Program-made: the position numbers and the translations under genes
Shown: positions 7,070 through 13,037 of the stretch, one piece after another
How the letters are laid out: the number at the start of each line of letters is the position of its first letter
How positions within the stretch are numbered: position 1 is the stretch's first letter
The notes under the pieces: model-generated
Databases searched by the model: none
What the model saw: the letters and a program-made list of their open reading frames with translations, nothing else
What the model was told of the DNA's origin: nothing
Origin: Candidatus Altarchaeum sp.
GTDB taxonomy: Archaea; Altiarchaeota; Altiarchaeia; Altiarchaeales; Altiarchaeaceae
DNA length: 13,037 nucleotides
Direction: 5' to 3'
Assembly: GCA_018260615.1 (NCBI GenBank)
Contig: JAGWDQ010000022.1
Coordinates: 1 to 13,037, forward strand

Positions 7070-7303
7070 CAAAAGTTTCCCATTTCAGAAAACAAATGTG
7101 TTGAAATGGGACAGTTACTAAATTACATCAATTTACCTCCAAAAATCAGATTATGTTTGGTAATAAATCTGCAAAAAATCCCATATTTTGGCAAATTTTT
7201 GCATCATTTTAAACTTTTGATATAATTTTCCCCGTTACAAGCCATATTGTTTTGTGATAAAACGATATTCGTAGGTGTTGTAATTCCAAATGGGAAACTT
7301 TTG
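7070..7303. mobile_element. 234-bp MITE with perfect 16-bp TIRs and a 7-bp target-site duplication
   Basis: CAAAAGTTTCCCATTT (7070-7085) and AAATGGGAAACTTTTG (7288-7303). Direct repeat ATTATAA at 7063-7069 and 7304-7310. No long ORF inside. Confidence 0.88.
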
Positions 7304-7356
7304 ATTATAAGATAAATTATAAAATTATAAAATAAAATAGTATAAAGTTTATAATA

Positions 7357-7428
7357 CAGGACTTACGCAAAAGCAATACAAATTTTTGGTTTTTAAGATT
7401 TTTCACAATGTAAAATGCGTAAGTCCTA
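7357..7428. mobile_element. 72-bp micro-MITE with 13-bp TIRs and a 5-bp target-site duplication
   Basis: CAGGACTTACGCA (7357-7369) and TGCGTAAGTCCTA (7416-7428), 12/13 inverted match. TAATA is duplicated at 7352-7356 and 7429-7433. Confidence 0.82.
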
Positions 7429-7439
7429 TAATATTTAAA

Positions 7440-9500
7440 ATGGATAAACCAAAGGAAAAAATTTTAATAACCTCTGCTCTGCCTTATGTAAATAACATCC
7501 CGCACATCGGAAACATCGTCGGAAGCCATCTTCCCGCAGACATATTTGCAAGATTTATGAGAACGCTAAATTACGATGTAACCTTTGTCGGAGGTGCGGA
7601 TGAACACGGAACTCCGATTGAAATTGCCGCCCAAAAGAAAAATTTAAATCCTAAGGAATTATGCGATTATTACTACAATATTCACAAAAAAATTTACGAA
7701 TGGCTAAATATAAGTTATGATATATTTTCAAGAACATCAAATGAAATCCACCATCGCACAACACAGGAATTTTTTACGGAAATTTACAAAAACGGATATA
7801 TTAAAGAAGGAAAAATTTCACTTCCCTACTGCGAAAAATGCAACAGGGTCTTGCCGGACAGATATGTTGAGGGAACCTGCCCTCACTGCGGATATGAAAA
7901 GGCAAGAGGTGACCAGTGCGAGATGTGCGGAAATATGCTAAATCCTACGGAACTGAAAAATCCGAGATGTGCAATCTGCGGTTCTAAGCCGGAGATTGTT
8001 GAAAGAACTCATTTGTTTTTTGAATTAAATAAGTTAAGCGCTCAATTAGAGGACTGGATTAAAAGCAAAAAAGGAATCTGGTCGTCTAATGTAATTGCAG
8101 AATCACTCGGCTGGATTAAAGAAGGACTAAAAGAAAGGTGCATAACGAGGAATATAAGATGGGGAGTTAAGGTTCCGCTTGAAAAATTTAAAGACAATGT
8201 TTTTTATGTGTGGTTTGATGCTCCGATTGGATATATTTCTTTTACTAATGAATTAAAAAAGGAAAATTTATGGAAAAAGGACAGCAATAATGCAGGCAAT
8301 GTCAAAATTTATCATTTCATTGGAAAGGACAACATAATATTTCATACGATTTTCTGGCCTGCGATGCTACTTGCGAACAATAAATTTAATCTGCCTTACA
8401 ATGTCGTCGGACTGCAGTATCTGAATTATGAAGGCGGAAAAATTTCAAAGTCGCAGAACAGAGGGATATTCTGTGAAAATTTGTCTGACAGCGGGATTGA
8501 TAGCGATGTGTGGAGATTTTATCTAACTTTCCTGATTCCTGAAAACAGCGATGCCGAATGGAAATGGGACGAATTTCTGAATAAAACGAACAGTGAATTA
8601 ATCGGAAATTTCGGAAATTTTGTAAACCGGACATTATTGTTCATTCAGAAAAATTTTAACGGAAAAATAAATTTTAAGGAGCTCAATTTTGGCGATGATG
8701 AAGTAGAAGTACTGGGCAAAGTCAGGAGAAAAGCAGAAGAACATAAGCAAACAATGTTAAATGGACACCTTCGTGATGGACTGAAAAAAATTCTGGAAAT
8801 CAGCGATATTGGCAATGAGTATATGCAAAAAAAGGCGCCGTGGAAAAATTTAAAAGAAAATTTTGAGGAGAGCAGGAAGACAATGTATTGCTGTGCATTA
8901 ATTTGTTATGAGCTGGCAAATATTTGTCATCCGTTTTTGCCAAATTCATCGGGAAAAATTTTTGGGATGTTAAATTTAAAAGTTGAACCGAAATTTGAAA
9001 ATGTTTATAAAGAGGATATTGAATTTGAAATTAAAAATGTTGTTACTCTATTTAAGAAAATGGATGAAAAAATTATTGATGAAATAAAAGGAAATGTCTC
9101 AAAAATCGGGGTTGAAACAAAGGAAGGTAAAAAAGCGGAAGAAAAGGAAGAAATAAAGATGGAAAATGAAGAAAATAAAGAAATTACTTATGAGGACTTT
9201 AAAAAGCTCAATTTAAAGATCGGAACAATTGAGCAGGCAGAAGAAATTCCAAAATCGGACCGGCTGCTAAAACTCACGGTAAATTTGGGACCGGAAAAAC
9301 GAATCATCCTCGCGGGAATAAAGAAATTTTATGATGCAGGGGATTTGATAAATAAGCAGGTGATTGTACTTACAAATTTAAAACCGAGAAAGATGCTCAA
9401 TATTGAATCGCAGGGAATGATTCTGGCTGCTGAGGATGAGGAAGGAATAAAACTGCTGATTCCTGATAAAAAGGCAAAAGAGGGAAGCGAAATCGGGTAA
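7440..9500 (+). CDS. metG: Methionine--tRNA ligase with C-terminal tRNA-binding (OB-fold) domain
   Basis: ITSALPYVNNIPHIGN (HIGH), four CxxC zinc-knuckle motifs, YVWFDA, GKDNI.FH, KISKS (KMSKS) and a C-terminal Trbp111-like domain. Start set to ATG 7440 (MDKPK, 686 aa) because the ORF-track TTG at 7386 lies inside the micro-MITE. Confidence 0.97.
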   Translation: MDKPKEKILITSALPYVNNIPHIGNIVGSHLPADIFARFMRTLNYDVTFVGGADEHGTPIEIAAQKKNLNPKELCDYYYNIHKKIYEWLNISYDIFSRTSNEIHHRTTQEFFTEIYKNGYIKEGKISLPYCEKCNRVLPDRYVEGTCPHCGYEKARGDQCEMCGNMLNPTELKNPRCAICGSKPEIVERTHLFFELNKLSAQLEDWIKSKKGIWSSNVIAESLGWIKEGLKERCITRNIRWGVKVPLEKFKDNVFYVWFDAPIGYISFTNELKKENLWKKDSNNAGNVKIYHFIGKDNIIFHTIFWPAMLLANNKFNLPYNVVGLQYLNYEGGKISKSQNRGIFCENLSDSGIDSDVWRFYLTFLIPENSDAEWKWDEFLNKTNSELIGNFGNFVNRTLLFIQKNFNGKINFKELNFGDDEVEVLGKVRRKAEEHKQTMLNGHLRDGLKKILEISDIGNEYMQKKAPWKNLKENFEESRKTMYCCALICYELANICHPFLPNSSGKIFGMLNLKVEPKFENVYKEDIEFEIKNVVTLFKKMDEKIIDEIKGNVSKIGVETKEGKKAEEKEEIKMENEENKEITYEDFKKLNLKIGTIEQAEEIPKSDRLLKLTVNLGPEKRIILAGIKKFYDAGDLINKQVIVLTNLKPRKMLNIESQGMILAAEDEEGIKLLIPDKKAKEGSEIG

Positions 9501-9529
9501 ATTTATGTAAGAAATTTTATCACAGATAC

Positions 9530-9563
9530 GGAAATTTTCCAAAACTGCAGACACTGTCTGCAG
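9530..9563. repeat. Two small palindromes downstream of metG (possible terminator or REP-like unit)
   Basis: GGAAA-T-TTTCC (9530-9540) and CTGCAGAC-act-GTCTGCAG (9545-9563), 30-60 bp after the metG stop. No clear T-tract follows. Confidence 0.45.
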
Positions 9564-9612
9564 AAATTATTTAAGATAAAAGGTAATATATTTACTATAT
9601 TATCAAAACAGC

Positions 9613-11028
9613 ATGGATCTTGACGAACTTATTAAAAAAGGAGAATCAGAAGAGATTGAATTTAAAAAATCATTAGCGGAGAGAAAGGAAATCCTTGAAA
9701 CAATTTCAGCGTTTGCGAATTCCAGAGGAGGGACTATCTTTGTCGGAATAGAGGAAAACAGGAATGGCTCCGTAAAGGATATTCCTGGAATTGTGATTAA
9801 GGGAAAGGAAATTGAGGATTTAAGTAATGAAATCAGGCAAAATACCGATCCTGTAATATTTCCCTCTATTGAAGTAAAGGATATTAAAGGAAAGCCGGTT
9901 CTGGTTATTAAAGTAAATAAAAATCCGCTCACTGTATTTGCAACGCTCAATAAAATTCCCGTAGCATTTAAAAGAGTCGGGAAGACAAACCCGAAAATAG
10001 ATGTGAATGAATTAAGAAGGATTTTTTCGGAAAGCAAAGAATTTATATGGGATTTCCGGATTTGTGAGGAAGCAACATTAACAGATATTGATTGGGAATT
10101 TGTAGAAAAATTTTTCATGCCTTTATATGAAACAATTTCAGAAAAAAATATCATTAGCGGATTAGAAAACCTGCTTGAGTCATTACATTGTCTAAAAGAA
10201 AATAAACCAACAAATGCGGGAATTTTGTTGTTTGGAAAAGATCCGCAGAAATTTTTTATGAATTCTTATGTTGCACTGGCCAGATACAGAGGGAATGAAA
10301 TCGGCATCGAGCGATTGGACTACAAAGAATTCTCAGGAAATTTATTTCAGCAGATAGATAACTGCGATAAATACATAAAAGAACATATTGCGATAATGTC
10401 AAGATTGCTGCCATACAGAGTGAGAAGAGAGGATATTCCTGAATATGGATTGTTCTCAATAAGGGAATTGATAACAAACGCCGTCTGTCACAGAGATTAC
10501 AGCAATCCTCACACCAAAGTAATAATCAAGATGTTTTCAAACAGGATTGAACTCTATAATCCGGGTTGTCTGCCCGGGGAAGTAACTCCTGATAATATAA
10601 CTGAAAAGCAATATTCCAGAAATTCCGTTATTGCGAGGGTTCTTGCAAAGGTAGATTACATTGAAGATATGGGTGAGGGATGGAATAAAATAATTGATGA
10701 ACATAAGAAACATATCTTAAAGCCGGAATTGCCATCAATAAAAGCTGACAGGGATAGTGTATTAATAACCTTATTTTCCACAAAAGATAAATTTGAGGAA
10801 GAGAAATTTGAGGTAGAATTAAATCACAGACAAAAAAGGGCTATAGAGCATATAAAAAAGTATGGGAAAATAACCAATAAGGACTACAGAAAGCTATTTT
10901 TGGAGATAAGTGACAGGACGGTTTTAGGAGATCTAACGGATTTAGTTAGAAAGGAAATTTTAACAAAGAAAGGGAGAACGAAAGGGGCGTATTATATAAT
11001 ACATAATTCCGAAATAATTCCGAAATAA
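9613..11028 (+). CDS. AlbA_2 (Schlafen-like) domain + HATPase_c_4 (often annotated RecG C-terminal) + winged-helix HTH protein
   Basis: 471 aa. N-terminal GESEEIEFKKS...SAFANSRGGTIFVGI. Middle RELITNAVCHRDYS, LYNPG, SRNSVIA and IEDMGEG. C-terminal LNHRQ...KITNKDYRKL...SDRTV..DL..LV....L...G..KGAYY. Confidence 0.88.
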   Translation: MDLDELIKKGESEEIEFKKSLAERKEILETISAFANSRGGTIFVGIEENRNGSVKDIPGIVIKGKEIEDLSNEIRQNTDPVIFPSIEVKDIKGKPVLVIKVNKNPLTVFATLNKIPVAFKRVGKTNPKIDVNELRRIFSESKEFIWDFRICEEATLTDIDWEFVEKFFMPLYETISEKNIISGLENLLESLHCLKENKPTNAGILLFGKDPQKFFMNSYVALARYRGNEIGIERLDYKEFSGNLFQQIDNCDKYIKEHIAIMSRLLPYRVRREDIPEYGLFSIRELITNAVCHRDYSNPHTKVIIKMFSNRIELYNPGCLPGEVTPDNITEKQYSRNSVIARVLAKVDYIEDMGEGWNKIIDEHKKHILKPELPSIKADRDSVLITLFSTKDKFEEEKFEVELNHRQKRAIEHIKKYGKITNKDYRKLFLEISDRTVLGDLTDLVRKEILTKKGRTKGAYYIIHNSEIIPK

Positions 11029-11035
11029 TTCCGAA
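11003..11035. repeat. Perfect 11-bp tandem repeat (ATAATTCCGAA)x3 spanning the stop codon of the AlbA_2 gene
   Basis: Copies at 11003-11013, 11014-11024 and 11025-11035. The TAA stop (11026-11028) is in the third copy. Confidence 0.93.
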
Positions 11036-11162
11036 ATGAAAAATGGGACACAAATGCGACGCAAAAAAGAAAGAACTGGAAAATATGAACTTCGGCAAGA
11101 ATATATAAAACGGGTAAGATAATTTTAGTTTCAAAATAATTTCAAAATTTTAAAATACAAAA

Positions 11163-13037
11163 ATGGATATAAAAAACATATTTAAAAATAGTTTAAAAAA
11201 GGCAGCAGAAATAACAAAGTATGTAAAAGGAAAGGATGTTGCCAAGCTGGCATTAAAATCCGCATCAGGTATTCTGACTATGTGCGGCATACCTGTTGGC
11301 ATACCTGTTGAAATAATACTTGGAATAGATTCATCAATTGAAAAACAAAAAGATAAAGAAGAAGTCGGCAAGTGGATGAAATTGCTGGAAAATATAGAAA
11401 AAAATACAAAAAACACAAAAGAATTTGAAGAAACTCTAAAAGAAAACATAACGAAAAACAAAGATGTTTTAGAAACTCTTAAAAATATTGCTGATGAAAT
11501 CAAATCTTATGATGAATATCAGATAAAGCAAATAAGCAAAGAAACAGAATATCCTTATGAAGATCTGCAAAAATTTCAAACAGAGGTTACAAAAAATTTT
11601 GATGAAATTAATAAAAAATTAGACAAATTAATAAACTTAATAGAGTCCCCGCTTCTTACGCCAGATGAGTTTGAACGAAGACAAAAAATCAAAATTTTAT
11701 TAAAATATAGATTTATTGGCAGAACTGATGAACTTCAAGAACTTCGCAAGTTTTTAGATGGCAATGAAAAGATAAAACTCATTACCGGAGGTGGAGGAGT
11801 GGGAAAAACAAGATTTGTCATAGAATTTGCAAAGCAAGTTGAAAAGAGGGATAACCAGGATGTTTATTTTATACATCCCTACAATAATTTTAATTTTGGT
11901 TTAGTGCCGACAGAAAAAAAGGTCTTACTTATCTTAGATGACTCATCAAGATATACTGGCAGAGATAAACTTATTGATGCTGTTTTAAATCCGCATTCAA
12001 AAGAAAGAGATACAAAACTTTTGCTTATTGACAGACCTATTTTTAAAAATTCAATTGAAGCTGAATTAAAAAGGCAGGAAGCAACGGAGAATATTTTTTC
12101 ATCTCTTCAAATTAAAAAAGGAGACATACTTGGATTTTTAAAGGAGAATTTTCCAGAGATTGATGAAGATACAGATAAAAAAATAGAAAGTGAGTGTAAA
12201 AATAGTTTTATATATGCTGTATTTTATGCGGAATATTATAATAAGAAAAAAGAGATTGGTAATTTAAACGATATATTATCAGTCAGGTGTGAAAATTACA
12301 TAAAAGACATTGCAATGAGAAAAAACCAGAAAGAAGAGGACACTAAAAAAATTATTTCTCTGATTTCGTTAATCAGACCTGTGAAGTGGGATAGTGATAA
12401 AATCTACCTTGAAGACAATTTAACTTTAAAAAACTACGAAATTTTGGAAGAAATTAAAGATGTTGCACAACTTGAAAACAACGACATCTTACTTTTTTCT
12501 GATAATAGTGAACTTGAAATTAAACCAGACCCAATTGCAGATTATATATTGTCTGAATTTTTAAGAGATGAGAAATTTGATAACTGGCTAAAAAAGGTAC
12601 TCCCTTACATGCCACGAAGAATTGCATATAATCTTTTTGTCACTCCGAGATTTAATGAAAAAATTCAGGATGAAATTTCCGGATTGCTTGGTAAAATATG
12701 GGAGAAATTAAATACTTCTGAATTTAAGAGTCCGGAATACTTTGAGGCGATCATAATGTTCACTGGCGATTTTCGTTCTTTTAAATTTTTTGATATTGAA
12801 AAGATAAATGCAAAACAGTGGATAGAAAATTATAATGGCATCTCTGTTGATTATAAAGATGATGAAGGGGTGAGAGGAGAACTTGCCAAGGGTTTGTATA
12901 ATGCAGCAACTTATTACGGAACAGAAAAGAAATTTGATGAAATGGAGAAATGCCTGAATGAATTAAGAAAACTTCATGAAAGTTATAAAGATGATGAAGG
13001 GGTGAGAGGAGAACTTGCCAAGGGTTTGTATAATGCA
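11163..13037 (+). CDS. NLR-like STAND P-loop NTPase with N-terminal helical domain and C-terminal TPR-like repeats; 3'-truncated by the window end
   Basis: Manual translation gives 625 codons with no stop from ATG 11163. FIGRTDEL (11712), Walker A GGGGVGKT (11787-11810), Walker B VLLILDD (11922-11942), KLLLIDR (sensor-1-like), KPDPIADY (about 12522, at the MHD-like position), then 44-aa helical repeats. Confidence 0.85.
   Translation, partial: MDIKNIFKNSLKKAAEITKYVKGKDVAKLALKSASGILTMCGIPVGIPVEIILGIDSSIEKQKDKEEVGKWMKLLENIEKNTKNTKEFEETLKENITKNKDVLETLKNIADEIKSYDEYQIKQISKETEYPYEDLQKFQTEVTKNFDEINKKLDKLINLIESPLLTPDEFERRQKIKILLKYRFIGRTDELQELRKFLDGNEKIKLITGGGGVGKTRFVIEFAKQVEKRDNQDVYFIHPYNNFNFGLVPTEKKVLLILDDSSRYTGRDKLIDAVLNPHSKERDTKLLLIDRPIFKNSIEAELKRQEATENIFSSLQIKKGDILGFLKENFPEIDEDTDKKIESECKNSFIYAVFYAEYYNKKKEIGNLNDILSVRCENYIKDIAMRKNQKEEDTKKIISLISLIRPVKWDSDKIYLEDNLTLKNYEILEEIKDVAQLENNDILLFSDNSELEIKPDPIADYILSEFLRDEKFDNWLKKVLPYMPRRIAYNLFVTPRFNEKIQDEISGLLGKIWEKLNTSEFKSPEYFEAIIMFTGDFRSFKFFDIEKINAKQWIENYNGISVDYKDDEGVRGELAKGLYNAATYYGTEKKFDEMEKCLNELRKLHESYKDDEGVRGELAKGLYNA
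11286..11309. repeat. In-frame 12-bp tandem duplication (GGCATACCTGTT)x2 encoding GIPV-GIPV
   Basis: Exact copies at 11286-11297 and 11298-11309. Confidence 0.9.
12851..13037 (+). repeat. 132-bp (44-aa) intragenic tandem repeat, nucleotide-identical over the visible overlap
   Basis: 12851-12905 equals 12983-13037 (55/55 bp). Unit: YKDDEGVRGELAKGLYNAATYYGTEKKFDEMEKCLNELRKLHES. Confidence 0.93.

Noticed and set aside
7106-7225. 39-aa ORF inside the 234-bp MITE as a transposase remnant or small protein
   Set aside because: No DDE or HTH similarity is recognisable and the length is expected by chance.
7386-7439. 18-aa N-terminal extension of MetRS from TTG 7386
   Set aside because: It lies inside the micro-MITE; ATG 7440 places ITSALPY at the usual distance from the start.
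7311-7439. T-box or methionine/SAM riboswitch upstream of metG
   Set aside because: No T-box or SAM-riboswitch consensus is visible; the only stem is explained by TIRs with a target duplication.
11036-11122. 28-aa ORF MKNGTQMRRKKERTGKYELRQEYIKRVR between the AlbA_2 and STAND genes
   Set aside because: Very short, starts within repeat sequence, and has no ribosome-binding site or recognisable motif.
7717-11503. Short ORFs 7717..7941, 8386..8634, 9603..10154, 10256..10477, 10946..11134 and 11150..11503
   Set aside because: Shadow frames of metG, the AlbA_2 gene and the STAND gene; 11150..11503 is antisense to the real STAND N-terminus.
12851-13037. Diversity-generating retroelement TR/VR pair
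   Set aside because: The copies are identical with no adenine-specific mismatches, are in-frame tandem units of one ORF, and no reverse transcriptase is in the window.
1-13037. tRNA or rRNA genes
   Set aside because: Non-coding stretches are short and very AT-rich, with no cloverleaf or rRNA-like sequence.

Overview
AT-rich archaeal chromosomal window. The methanopterin gene, archaeal-type MetRS and dockerin surface protein suggest an Altiarchaeota-like lineage; this is inference only. It holds six protein genes: a P2-type cation ATPase (-), beta-RFAP synthase (+), a lipoprotein with beta-propeller, Cys-rich and dockerin domains (-), methionyl-tRNA synthetase (+), an AlbA_2/Schlafen-HATPase-wHTH protein (+), and an NLR-like STAND NTPase (+). 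The STAND gene is absent from the ORF track because it runs off the window (11163..>13037); it ends in 132-bp repeats that are identical over the part visible. The 1.1-kb spacer between the lipoprotein gene and metG resolves into three clear and one tentative miniature transposable elements. Removing them leaves a 77-bp, almost pure A/T divergent promoter region. One element carries about ten back-to-back hairpins with compensatory changes. A strand-specific tandem G.A hairpin motif occurs three times in that element and again at 87..102.
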